Origin: a virus
Taxonomy: Duplodnaviria > Heunggongvirae > Uroviricota > Caudoviricetes
DNA length: 53,582 bases
Direction: 5' to 3' (one strand)
IMG/VR virus record: IMGVR_UViG_2923318301_000003
Positions 39,009 through 47,691 of this stretch are shown here, piece after piece. How positions within the stretch are numbered: the stretch's first letter is position 1; each line of letters starts with the position of its first letter. The translations under genes were made by a program, and so were the position numbers. The notes below the pieces were generated by a model that saw nothing but the letters and a program-made list of their open reading frames with translations, was not told where the DNA came from and did not search any database.

Positions 39009-39935
39009 ATGAAAGTTAGAAGCATAGGATTTACAATAAATAACAATAACAAAAATATTAATACCGTTGACGTAATGAATGCTTTTATCAACGCATCAAA
39101 CAGAGAACACAGTCGCACAGACTATACTCGTAAAATTCTCATTTCGGATGTGAATGATTTCTATTATGGATTAGTTGTCACATTCAGAAACCAAAAAAAG
39201 AACTGTAAGTCGCAATTTGTTGATGGTAAATTCCAGCTTAAAATTGAAGATCTTCAAGGAAGTGACAAACTTGCTAATTTCAACTTTTTCTTAATTAAAA
39301 AATCTAATCTTTCTGGTCTCTATATGTATCACCACGGGTCATGCAGTCTGAACACTCTCTTTTCTCATTTAGAAACAATAAGTAATGAATTTATCAGAAA
39401 TCAAAATAAAGAAGAAATAAAAAAACTTGGTGATAAACCAAAACAAAAAGAAGTAACTGCAATAAATAAAAAATACAAAGAAAGACTGACTTTCAGCCTT
39501 ATGACAAATAAAAACAACATTCAGAGTGTTTTATGTCAATTCAAAGAGATTAAAAGCACAAGCTTTAAATTTAATTATATAGATTTTAAAGGTGGACCAA
39601 TGACTGCGCTTGAACAATTTGTTAACACTACCACAATAGATATGAATTTTAATTCTAGCGACAGAACAAAAGTGCAACAACTATCTCAGAATCTTTCAAA
39701 TATTTATAATTCTATGAGTGGAGTTGCTAAAGCACAGGTTATTGCAGTAAACCATGCAGGAATAGAAAAAACCATTGATTTTATGAACTGCCCTGTTTTT
39801 TTTGAAACATACGATTTCGATATAATTGCCGATAAAGTCAATGGATTGACAAACGATAATTATACAACAAACCCTGTTTTTGATATGATAAAAGAAGAAA
39901 TGCTGAACGGGACGAATAAAAATGCCTTTATATGA
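39009..39935 (+). CDS. Hypothetical soluble protein, first gene of the AT-rich two-gene moron operon
   Basis: 308-aa ORF, strongly AT-rich, opposite strand to the flanking phage genes; 14-nt overlap with the next gene; no recognisable catalytic motif. Confidence 0.75.
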   Translation: MKVRSIGFTINNNNKNINTVDVMNAFINASNREHSRTDYTRKILISDVNDFYYGLVVTFRNQKKNCKSQFVDGKFQLKIEDLQGSDKLANFNFFLIKKSNLSGLYMYHHGSCSLNTLFSHLETISNEFIRNQNKEEIKKLGDKPKQKEVTAINKKYKERLTFSLMTNKNNIQSVLCQFKEIKSTSFKFNYIDFKGGPMTALEQFVNTTTIDMNFNSSDRTKVQQLSQNLSNIYNSMSGVAKAQVIAVNHAGIEKTIDFMNCPVFFETYDFDIIADKVNGLTNDNYTTNPVFDMIKEEMLNGTNKNAFI

Positions 39936-40470
39936 ATGGCTAATAAATAAAAGATTGAGGTATCAGTACCTTACACTGCTTGCATCCTCGATCCTGGCAT
40001 TGCTTGCACTTTACCTATTGTACAGAAACACACCTAAAGTAAGTGTTAACTTTTTTGATTTTTATCATAAAAACTTACGAGGCTATCTCTTCTCCGGTTT
40101 TATTTCCGTGGGCTCATTTTTATTGAGCCTGCATACCTTTGTCATAATAAATTTACGCGATAAGGTTTTTGCAACTCAGGAATATAAGGAAATTTATAGC
40201 ATTGCCACTGGTATACCTATTGACAAAATCAATGATAGTGTACTTTATAAACCTTTAGACAATTTATCCTCATTTATTAATACATCAATATTATGTTCTA
40301 TCACAACAGCAATTGCACAATTCACTATTGGACTTTCAACTAATTTATATGCATGCTTATTTTGCGTATGGCTTGCAATACTAACGGTATTTCTTTTATT
40401 ACATTGCCTCATCATAATCAGACAAAATATTAAAATTTTATTAAAGCAACAGAGAAAAAAAGGGGGGTAA
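39922..40470 (+). CDS. Small integral membrane protein (four predicted TM helices), second gene of the moron operon
   Basis: 182-aa ORF with four hydrophobic stretches of ~19-25 aa (LTLLASSILALLALYLLY; LFSGFISVGSFLLSLHTFVIINL; SILCSITTAIAQFTIGL; LYACLFCVWLAILTVFLLLHCLIII) and a basic C-terminus. Confidence 0.75.
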   Translation: MPLYEWLINKRLRYQYLTLLASSILALLALYLLYRNTPKVSVNFFDFYHKNLRGYLFSGFISVGSFLLSLHTFVIINLRDKVFATQEYKEIYSIATGIPIDKINDSVLYKPLDNLSSFINTSILCSITTAIAQFTIGLSTNLYACLFCVWLAILTVFLLLHCLIIIRQNIKILLKQQRKKGG

Positions 40471-40477
40471 TTCCCCC
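40455..40477 (-). terminator. Rho-independent terminator directly downstream of Q (minus strand); the hairpin also caps the moron operon
   Basis: The - strand reads GGGGG-aatta-CCCCCC followed by a run of seven U; located 6 nt after the Q stop codon and overlapping the moron stop codon. Confidence 0.7.
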
Positions 40478-40482
40478 TAATA

Positions 40483-40839
40483 TTACAACATTGAAAGCAC
40501 ACCATCCAGAAAACCAAGAGCTGTTTGCAACTCTTTTCTTATTGTCCCATCAGAACACTTCTGCTTCTTTGCAATAGTTCTTAGTGAGATGCCGATAACA
40601 AAATGAGCAATAACCAACTCATACTCTTCGGGCTTATATTTCCGCAATCGCGCAACACAGCTGTCAATCATGATTCCTTCATCATCATCGCATTGTTGGC
40701 GTGTTTTCTTTCCATGAGGTAGTAAACCTTTAAACCCTGCAGCAACAGGCTGCCAGTCCACACCACTGTTATCTGCTGCAGCCCATGCACCCCAGCGGTC
40801 CAATACTTCATACATATCACGCATCAACTTTCTCCACAA
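40483..40839 (-). CDS. Q-like late antiterminator (small QuuD/phage-82 type, not lambda Q)
   Basis: 118-aa ORF (MRDMYEVLDRWGAWAA...GFKG...C..DDD...C) resembling small prophage Q antiterminators from memory; positioned upstream of the lysis region. Confidence 0.7.
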   Translation of the reverse strand: MWRKLMRDMYEVLDRWGAWAAADNSGVDWQPVAAGFKGLLPHGKKTRQQCDDDEGIMIDSCVARLRKYKPEEYELVIAHFVIGISLRTIAKKQKCSDGTIRKELQTALGFLDGVLSML

Positions 40840-40841
40840 AA

Positions 40842-41837
40842 TCAGGCCAGCACGCCAATTGCCAGTGCACGATCGATAAAACGAAATATCAGCTCCAGCT
40901 GGGAGCCATACTTCTCTTCAAATGCCACGGTATCCGCATGCAGCTCGTCGTGATGCTTTCTGCACAAAGGCAACACAAAGAGGTCATGCGCTTTTGTAGC
41001 CATTCCACCCTGACCGTGACCTATCAGGTGGTGGGGATCATCAGCAGGTTTTCCACAACATGCGCACGGCTGCGTCTTAACCCATCGCGTGTACTTTTCA
41101 TTAACCCAGCGGCGACGTTTGGGGCGTAACATAAAAGACTCCGGCGACTCCGGATCCACTTTCAGCGCCAGCACCTTTTTCGCCTTATCCTGGATGATGC
41201 TGGTGGCAGGAACCGAAGGCACAAGGTCACTTTCCCGGGTAACAGACGGCACAACAGGCTTCGGTAATCTCAGTGCCTTACGGGCTGCACTTTCCGGTAA
41301 GGCATCCGCCAGATCATTACGAATCAGCCACCAGCACAGTTCCGGCATTGTCACAACGTGACTGTCATCAAAACCGAGATCCCGACGCACAACAGACAAC
41401 ACCCAGCGGGCACAGTTATCCGTTGCCATTGATTCCAGCCGTTCCGTGAACTGATCGCGCAGCTGGTTATCGCAGTGCCAGCACAGACGGATTGCACCCG
41501 GAGCGTGTCGCATTGTGGTCATGTTCTCGCTGTGCCAGTCGGAATGAGGCCACTGGCAGCCTTTTTCACGAAGTAACCAGCTTTCAAGACATTCCACGCC
41601 ACCAGCACGACGGATCACTGCCTCATTGCGGAACACGGCCCGAACGGCAGGATCATCCGCCAGCGGTTGTGATGCCGCCGGAACGGCACCACTGGCGAAA
41701 GATGAATAACGTTCCGGCTCAGGCTCCAGCAGGACACGCCCCTGCATAAACAGGGGCATCAGCTCTGAACCTGGCCTGAACAATACGATCCCCATACGCG
41801 GGGCAATTTCAGGGGTCAGTAGTGCTCTCACGGTCAC
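40842..41837 (-). CDS. DUF968-type prophage protein with C-terminal Cys/His motif
   Basis: 331-aa ORF; C-terminal CACCGKPADDPHHL...HHDELH pattern typical of DUF968-like proteins in lambdoid nin regions. Confidence 0.6.
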   Translation of the reverse strand: MTVRALLTPEIAPRMGIVLFRPGSELMPLFMQGRVLLEPEPERYSSFASGAVPAASQPLADDPAVRAVFRNEAVIRRAGGVECLESWLLREKGCQWPHSDWHSENMTTMRHAPGAIRLCWHCDNQLRDQFTERLESMATDNCARWVLSVVRRDLGFDDSHVVTMPELCWWLIRNDLADALPESAARKALRLPKPVVPSVTRESDLVPSVPATSIIQDKAKKVLALKVDPESPESFMLRPKRRRWVNEKYTRWVKTQPCACCGKPADDPHHLIGHGQGGMATKAHDLFVLPLCRKHHDELHADTVAFEEKYGSQLELIFRFIDRALAIGVLA

Positions 41838-41838
41838 C

Positions 41839-42636
41839 TCAATGAACGGTATCGAGCAGCTTTAACAGCTCAGGGAATCGGGATTCGAAGAAATGCGGCT
41901 GCGTCTCGCGCGGATTTGCGGGACTGGTGATGTTCTTGCCGAACATGCAGCCTTTCGCCGTCAGCGACCAGAATTTTTTGATGTTGTTAATCGCAGTGCG
42001 GCTGTATCGTTCACGTTGTTCAACGATCCCCAGCTTCGCCATCTGGTGATATGCCTGATTAGCTGTCAGGCGGATACCATACTGCTTCAGCAGTGCACTC
42101 AATGATAGCGTGGGGCGGCTTGAGCCATCAGGCGCGTCAGCAGGAGCATCAATGGCATAGCGCGGTGCCAGATTCGGTAAGCCAACAGCCTCCTGGAGTT
42201 TCTGACAGGCACCAAGCACTGAAGAGTTAGACAGGTTTAACTCCCGGCGCATAAAGTCCAGCAGGATCACGCCAGCCTGCATCTTGTCAGCAGCCTGTCC
42301 GGATAATTTTTCCGGTGCGCTGGTTACCATATCGAAAGTACGGATCACCTTCAGATGGAATGACGGGCTGATCCACATTGCATAGGCATACACCAGTTCT
42401 TTGCAGACATACGTCCCCTGGTTATTTCCGCCACGAATAACGTTAACTGGCTCTATATTGACCGAGTTGCAAATCTGCAACTCGCTTATTAAACGTTCAG
42501 TTTGCTCATTGCGGAGCCAGAATGCAGGCTTATGCTTATCCAGAGAACCGGCAGCCCTGTGCAGATCGTTCAGGCTGTAACGCCCATAAGCATCACGACG
42601 AACTTCAATACCATCAATGACCATCAGATTATTCAT
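41839..42636 (-). CDS. KilA-N domain protein
   Basis: N-terminal MVIDGIEVRRDAYGRYSLNDLHRAAG is characteristic of the KilA-N DNA-binding domain. Confidence 0.7.
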   Translation of the reverse strand: MNNLMVIDGIEVRRDAYGRYSLNDLHRAAGSLDKHKPAFWLRNEQTERLISELQICNSVNIEPVNVIRGGNNQGTYVCKELVYAYAMWISPSFHLKVIRTFDMVTSAPEKLSGQAADKMQAGVILLDFMRRELNLSNSSVLGACQKLQEAVGLPNLAPRYAIDAPADAPDGSSRPTLSLSALLKQYGIRLTANQAYHQMAKLGIVEQRERYSRTAINNIKKFWSLTAKGCMFGKNITSPANPRETQPHFFESRFPELLKLLDTVH

Positions 42637-42655
42637 ACTTCGTTTCTCCTCTTAA

Positions 42656-43045
42656 TCAGGCGGCTGCACCCGCCGTTTTCTCGTACTTACTGATAGTGAT
42701 CTCGACCTTCCCTTCCGGGATAACCGGTCCCCACTCCACCAGCATTCTTTTCACCTGACTGTCGTCTTCCCACACACCCGCGTGGGTCAGGGCGTCAAAC
42801 AGTGCCTTGTTATAGTTGTCCAGATCGCGGATCCGGTTATCCGGAGGAAACAACACGATCTCCACTGAAGCAGGTGCCGACGTTGGTTTCGGCAGACGAC
42901 GTAACTGCTCAACTATTGCTGCGCACGCCGCGCTCTGGAATTTTCGCCCCGCCTCGCTTATCAGGCTTTTACCTGCAAACGCCCCTTTGTTGGGGTGTCG
43001 CCAGTACGTGTTCACGCTGGGCGGGAAAGGCAAGATCAGCTTCAT
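42656..43045 (-). CDS. rusA: Holliday junction resolvase RusA
   Basis: 129-aa ORF with RusA-like PPSVNTYWRH and RDLDNYNKALFDAL acidic motif. Confidence 0.8.
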   Translation of the reverse strand: MKLILPFPPSVNTYWRHPNKGAFAGKSLISEAGRKFQSAACAAIVEQLRRLPKPTSAPASVEIVLFPPDNRIRDLDNYNKALFDALTHAGVWEDDSQVKRMLVEWGPVIPEGKVEITISKYEKTAGAAA

Positions 43046-43401
43046 ACTTTCAGGCCCCTCTCATGTAACCAGTGGGCTGCACGCAGCCTGGCGTTTTCCT
43101 CACCGGCAAGCAGTGCGCGGATAATCCCGACCGCCTCGCTGTCGTCGTCCTTCACCGCGGTATGAAGCGTTATCCCCCGGGCCACGCCACGCTTTATCGT
43201 GATGACGCCTTTTTTCTCCAGTGCACGAAGATGCTCTACCGCTGCATTCACTGAACGGTATCCCAGCATGGTTGCCACCTCCTGATTGGTTGGCGGAAAG
43301 CCACGCTCTTTCTGGTAAGAAATCAGCATATCCAGCACCTGCTGCTGGCATTGAGTTAACGTCGTCATTACGCCCCCACGTAATTCCCTGATAGATACCA
43401 C
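43042..43401 (-). CDS. LexA N-terminal DNA-binding-domain-like protein lacking the S24 peptidase domain
   Basis: LTQCQQQVLDMLISYQKERGFPPTNQEVATMLGYRSVNAAVEHLRALEKKGVI closely parallels the LexA DNA-binding domain; protein is only ~110 aa. Start probably at 43368 (MTTLTQ). Confidence 0.65.
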   Translation of the reverse strand: MVSIRELRGGVMTTLTQCQQQVLDMLISYQKERGFPPTNQEVATMLGYRSVNAAVEHLRALEKKGVITIKRGVARGITLHTAVKDDDSEAVGIIRALLAGEENARLRAAHWLHERGLKV

Positions 43402-43862
43402 TCATCACTCGATACAGCGCGCTTGCTGCTTTTCCGTAAACACTGCTCACGACGCGCCAGAAAATTGTTTCGTTCTGGCTGGGAGTGGCTTTCACGGAAT
43501 GCCGCCATCCACACCGTTGCAGCACGACGGTATAAGCCCCTTGACTCCAGTTCTTCCGCCTGGCGGGTCAGGCACAAAATCACCCGGGGATCGTTAGTGC
43601 CGACATAGAAATTGCGCGCAGGTCTGGTTTCACGAACTGGTTGTGGTTCCGGGTCCTGCGCTCTCTCAGTCAGGCGCGGGAAATGTCTGCGTGTATCCCC
43701 TTCACAACGGTGAGCCACACGCCCACTCTGACGTAACTTGCTTGCTGACTGCAGAACGCGCTGCCGTGAGTAACCAGCAAAAGCATCCGCAATGTCTCCG
43801 GAAGTACACCCCGGATGGGCTTCAATGAATTTCTGAACGTCATTTAACAGACTCATGATCAC
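43368..43862 (-). CDS. Hypothetical regulator (PerC-like C-terminal region, tentative)
   Basis: 164-aa ORF; the segment AEELESRGLYRRAATVWMAAF resembles the PerC family from memory. Confidence 0.5.
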   Translation of the reverse strand: MIMSLLNDVQKFIEAHPGCTSGDIADAFAGYSRQRVLQSASKLRQSGRVAHRCEGDTRRHFPRLTERAQDPEPQPVRETRPARNFYVGTNDPRVILCLTRQAEELESRGLYRRAATVWMAAFRESHSQPERNNFLARREQCLRKSSKRAVSSDEWYLSGNYVGA

Positions 43863-44800
43863 CCCCTGAATCCTGCCGGGATCTGGCTGTAGTCCACGTT
43901 GTCGTAACTGGATTTGAAGTACGGGTCTTCGCGTTTTTCGGTGTACGTGCTTACGGACGGCGATAAGCGCAGGGAAAGCTCATCCCATTTTTCCCGCAGC
44001 TTCGACGGACTGAGCACGTTACGGCACCAGAACGGATCGCGGCTGACGCGGCTGTACATCTCGCAGATTTGTTTGTGAGTACGACCATCCTGCACACACA
44101 TCAGGCGAATTTCGTTTGCCCAGGCTGTCCAGTTCGGTTCTTTGGGACGAACCACCTCGCCGTCACATTCGGCGGCCTGCTCGTACAGGGCGATGATTTT
44201 TTTCCAGAGCCACTGTGCGCAGGTCAAATCATCCTGCGTCCCCCACTGGCGCTTTTTAGGGCTGAATACAACCGCATCAGGATGGCGAGTTAAAAAATCC
44301 TGTTCAGCCGTCTGCGTGTCCGGTTGCGAAGCGTCCGGACGAGAAGGTTTTTTATCTGACGGATCATGTTTTGATTTTACTGACGGATCCCCGCCAGATT
44401 CTGACGGGTGAAAACCCGCTTTTTTGCCAGATTTCGACGCATCAAATTTTGACGGGTCAGATTTTGATGCGTCAGATTTTGACGGGTCAGAATCTGACAG
44501 TTGAGAAAATGCCGCTGCCTGAAGCTTCGCAACGTTAAGCTGATAAACATTCGACGCATTGCGGTTACCCTGGCGACGCGCCTTACGCGTTAACCAGCCT
44601 TCTGCTTCCAGCCGTGCGATAGCCGTTCTGACGGTACTCATCCCCGCGCCAATCTGACGGGCAATGGTTTCAATTGATGGCCAGCACACACCTTCGTCAT
44701 TACTGAAATCAGCCAGGCGGGCCATAATTGCCACGCTGGATAATTTCATGCCTGACGCAGCGCAACCATCCCATACATAGCCGGTTAATTTAGTGCTCAT
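43859..44800 (-). CDS. Replication initiator (lambda O-like role) with N-terminal HTH and internal iteron-encoded repeats
   Basis: 313-aa ORF with N-terminal winged-HTH-like region; the central repetitive peptide (DPSKSDASKSDPSKFDASKSG) coincides with DNA iterons. Confidence 0.7.
   Translation of the reverse strand: MSTKLTGYVWDGCAASGMKLSSVAIMARLADFSNDEGVCWPSIETIARQIGAGMSTVRTAIARLEAEGWLTRKARRQGNRNASNVYQLNVAKLQAAAFSQLSDSDPSKSDASKSDPSKFDASKSGKKAGFHPSESGGDPSVKSKHDPSDKKPSRPDASQPDTQTAEQDFLTRHPDAVVFSPKKRQWGTQDDLTCAQWLWKKIIALYEQAAECDGEVVRPKEPNWTAWANEIRLMCVQDGRTHKQICEMYSRVSRDPFWCRNVLSPSKLREKWDELSLRLSPSVSTYTEKREDPYFKSSYDNVDYSQIPAGFRG
44350..44505. repeat. Array of ~8 direct ~15-bp iterons (consensus about ATTTTGACGGGTCAG) inside the initiator gene: candidate replication origin
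   Basis: Tandem repeats visible at 44351, 44373, 44395, 44430, 44445, 44461, 44476 and 44491; analogous to ori-lambda inside O. Confidence 0.7.
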
Positions 44801-44809
44801 GACCGACCT

Positions 44810-45148
44810 CTATTTCCCTGAATTTACGACGAAACTGTTCGAGCGGGCTGAAGCACTCATGCTCATAGCCTTCGCGGAGGTAGATAACCCGTTGTGTTTC
44901 CGGCTCCCAACGAATGACTCTGACGGGCACTCCGTAGTGATCTTTGAACCAGCGGTTAACTTGTCGCAAAGGACTGTCTCCTTCTGCCGGTTGAAATCAC
45001 CCACAGCCCACTCTGCAAAGCTGTGGGTTACAATTTCCCTGTCACCTGGTACATTTACTGCATAGCAATACTCCACCTTCGCTTTTCCACCCGGTACAGG
45101 AAGCGCAATCAGTTGCGAGCGACGGTAGTGTGTTGTTAAACTGTTCAT
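44810..45148 (-). CDS. Hypothetical protein, translationally coupled to the upstream regulator gene
   Basis: 112-aa ORF whose ATG overlaps the upstream stop (ATGA), ending 10 nt before the initiator gene. Confidence 0.5.
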   Translation of the reverse strand: MNSLTTHYRRSQLIALPVPGGKAKVEYCYAVNVPGDREIVTHSFAEWAVGDFNRQKETVLCDKLTAGSKITTECPSESFVGSRKHNGLSTSAKAMSMSASARSNSFVVNSGK

Positions 45149-45696
45149 GCGTTAGTTTCTCCACAGTCACGACACGCCACGGCGCCCGGAGCTGCACACT
45201 CGCGGGCGTCATTACTTTCTGAAATGCAAAAGATTTTGTAGACCAGTGCTGCATGCTCCTGCAGCTTCGAAATTGAGAGATACAGCTCGTCGTTAATTGC
45301 TGTCTTCTCATGCGGTTCCACCACACCGTCTTCGATTGCCGAACGAATCTGTCTGGAATAACTGCCAATCTGTTCAATGACTTCCAGCAGGCGCTGGTTA
45401 ATATCGGCGTTGTCCACATCCTCGACGTCAGGAAGAGACACAAAGACGCCATTTGCAGACTGCGCCACAGCGTCAGCAATGAAGTGAGTTCCACCAGCAC
45501 GTTGCAAAATCATTGCCCATCCCAGCGGGAAAATCTGATCGCCATCGGCACGAAGGCGGTTAAATAATGCGTTCTCTGTTACATCCAGCCAGTCAGCAGC
45601 TTCAGCGTACCCCCCCGGCAACGCTGCGATAGTTTTTCTGACAGCTTTCACGTACCACTCAGGCTGTTTTTCTACTTTCCAGTGATGCTTACCCAC
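45145..45696 (-). CDS. CII-like/YdaT-family regulator (tentative)
   Basis: 183-aa ORF directly downstream of, and overlapping, the Cro-like gene; occupies the cII position. Confidence 0.5.
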   Translation of the reverse strand: MGKHHWKVEKQPEWYVKAVRKTIAALPGGYAEAADWLDVTENALFNRLRADGDQIFPLGWAMILQRAGGTHFIADAVAQSANGVFVSLPDVEDVDNADINQRLLEVIEQIGSYSRQIRSAIEDGVVEPHEKTAINDELYLSISKLQEHAALVYKIFCISESNDARECAAPGAVACRDCGETNA

Positions 45697-45949
45697 GGTT
45701 CACCTCCTGTTCCTGTGGTTTAAACCCATTCTGGTTTTGGCTAGATTGAAAACGTGCCGGATAAAGAATCTGCATTTCGCTGACTTCACCCTTAAAAAAA
45801 TTGGCTAAACGTTCTGCAAGCTCGATAGATGGAATCTGCTCCAGCCTCTCAATACGACTCAACGTCGCTGGATTGACTTGAACACCCGCAGCAACATGCT
45901 GCAAAGTGAAACCATGCGCCTTACGCACATTTCGTAATGGTGATTGCAT
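45689..45949 (-). CDS. Cro/YdaS-like HTH regulator
   Basis: 86-aa ORF with an HTH (GFTLQHVAAGVQVNPATLSRIER); divergent from the repressor gene; GGAGG RBS. Confidence 0.8.
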   Translation of the reverse strand: MQSPLRNVRKAHGFTLQHVAAGVQVNPATLSRIERLEQIPSIELAERLANFFKGEVSEMQILYPARFQSSQNQNGFKPQEQEVNRG

Positions 45950-45959
45950 ATGTCCTCCA

Positions 45960-46031
45960 AATATTGCGCGTTATGCATGTTATTTCACGCAATTATTTTG
46001 CGCAAGTTGATTTGCTTATCACGCAATAAAG
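45960..46031. promoter_or_regulatory. Divergent promoter/operator region with three related operator-like sites
   Basis: Repeated CGCAA/TTGCG half-sites: TTGCGCG (~45964), palindrome CGCAA-ttatt-TTGCG and TTGCGCAA (45988..46005), CACGCAA (~46020); lies between the divergent cro-like and cI-like starts. Confidence 0.6.
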
Positions 46032-46046
46032 AAATGTAATAAACGC

Positions 46047-46739
46047 ATGAACATAGGAAACCGAGTCAGACAACTTCGCCAAGCGAAGAACATGAAAATC
46101 GCCGATCTCGCTGAAGCAATAGGAGTAGATGCGGCGAACATCTCGCGCTTAGAAACGGGTAAGCAAAAACAATTTACCGAACAAACACTGAGTAATATTG
46201 CCAAGAGCTTAGGTGTTGATATTGCTGATCTCTTTACCTCTGCCCACAAAAGTAATACTGTATATAAAAACAGTAATAATGAGGATGTTGCGCAGGTGAA
46301 GGATGTGTTCCGTATTGAAATGCTGGATATCAGTGCCAGTGCGGGAAATGGCCTTATCCAGGGCGGTGATGTCATTGATGTGATTCATGCCATCGAATAC
46401 AGAACTGATAATGCTGTATCAATGTTCGGCGGACGACCAGCCAATCACATCAAAGTTATCAACGTTCGTGGGGACAGTATGTGTCCAACCATTGAGCCAG
46501 GAGATCTCATCTTCGTTGATGTCAGCATCAATCAGTTTGATGGTGATGGTATATATGTCTTTGGTTTTGATGACAAAATATACGTTAAAAGACTTCAAAT
46601 GATTCCTGACAAACTGCTGGTGATTTCTGATAACCAGATTTACCGTGAATGGGGAATTACTAGCGAAAACGAACACCGATTCATGGTCTTTGGAAAGGTC
46701 TTAATCAGTCAGTCGCAAACCCTTAAGAGACATAATTAA
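46047..46739 (+). CDS. CI-like repressor (HTH-XRE plus S24 LexA-like autopeptidase)
   Basis: N-terminal HTH; C-terminal GDSM...KR Ser-Lys dyad and an Ala-Gly site (SAGNG); 230 aa. Confidence 0.9.
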   Translation: MNIGNRVRQLRQAKNMKIADLAEAIGVDAANISRLETGKQKQFTEQTLSNIAKSLGVDIADLFTSAHKSNTVYKNSNNEDVAQVKDVFRIEMLDISASAGNGLIQGGDVIDVIHAIEYRTDNAVSMFGGRPANHIKVINVRGDSMCPTIEPGDLIFVDVSINQFDGDGIYVFGFDDKIYVKRLQMIPDKLLVISDNQIYREWGITSENEHRFMVFGKVLISQSQTLKRHN

Positions 46740-46756
46740 CCTCAATATCCCATCCA

Positions 46757-46785
46757 TCGGCCACCGAAAGGTGGCTTTTTATTAC
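46757..46785 (+). terminator. Rho-independent terminator downstream of the repressor gene
   Basis: cggccacc-gaaa-ggtggc followed by a T-run. Confidence 0.7.
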
Positions 46786-47078
46786 CTATAAATTTGCATA
46801 TTTCGCAAACATCACTTGCATATCTCGCAATTTAATTTTATCTTTTGTTCCAGACCAACTACAGGATTACAACAAAATCTGGTTGCAACACGGTGCATGT
46901 GTCGTAAGCAGTCAGTAAATGTCAAAAACGAACAGGCAGGACGCCCACGAAGTAGCCGCCTGGGGCATATGAAGTCCAGGATGATTCGTTAGCAACAAAA
47001 AAGCGCCCTACAGGACGCTTAGCTCTTTAACAATCTGGTCCCCATCAACAAGTAACTGATAACTTGAGGAGATGTGAA

Positions 47079-47285
47079 ATGCACAAAACAGAACCCAAAA
47101 TCGTCGCGCCTGGCTACACAGATGAGGAAATTTATGAGTGGATGACAAAGAAGCTGGCAGCTATAAACCAGCTTCGTGAAGTGCTGTCTTATCGACAGGA
47201 AACAATAGACTCCTTAAAAAAACTGGATCAGGAAATCACGGTTTTATCACAGGATGTTACTTTAGATATTGTGCAGACAAATTAG
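47079..47285 (+). CDS. Small hypothetical protein
   Basis: GAGGAG RBS 7 nt before the ATG; 68 aa; its 3' end overlaps the convergent gene by 29 nt. Confidence 0.55.
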   Translation: MHKTEPKIVAPGYTDEEIYEWMTKKLAAINQLREVLSYRQETIDSLKKLDQEITVLSQDVTLDIVQTN

Positions 47286-47691
47286 GATCCCATTCATTTT
47301 CGTCAAAATCATCAAAGTGATGAATTTGTGATCTCCAGTCTCGATAATCTAAAAATTTCTGGGCGGTTACGCTTATTTTATCAAGTGTGAGTTCATCCTG
47401 AATTGAAAGAAGAAGTTCATCAAATTTCATCTCATTAATCTGTTTTGGCATCCAGTGATGCTTCATCAGAATAAGGTGAACCAGAGCCTTTTTCCCATTC
47501 AACTGATTATAGGGAGTGCCGAATTTCTTCCGGTGCTCATGTAAGACAAGGTCCAAAAGAGTAAGTAATGTTGCCCTTGATTCAACTTTGCTTATTTCGA
47601 CTGATGACACTACCCCACTGATTTCAATGCCCCGATACTTTCCAACATTTTCACAGTGGGATTTGTACAGCGTATAGATATTACCGGACAT
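47257..47691 (-). CDS. Hypothetical protein (no TM helices, no known motif)
   Basis: 144-aa ORF with an AAGGA RBS; convergent with the upstream small ORF. Confidence 0.6.
   Translation of the reverse strand: MSGNIYTLYKSHCENVGKYRGIEISGVVSSVEISKVESRATLLTLLDLVLHEHRKKFGTPYNQLNGKKALVHLILMKHHWMPKQINEMKFDELLLSIQDELTLDKISVTAQKFLDYRDWRSQIHHFDDFDENEWDPNLSAQYLK

Noticed and set aside
39009-40470. Shiga-toxin-like cargo in the Q-to-lysis interval
   Set aside because: The gene sizes and features (308-aa soluble protein plus a four-TM protein, opposite strand) do not fit an A/B toxin operon.
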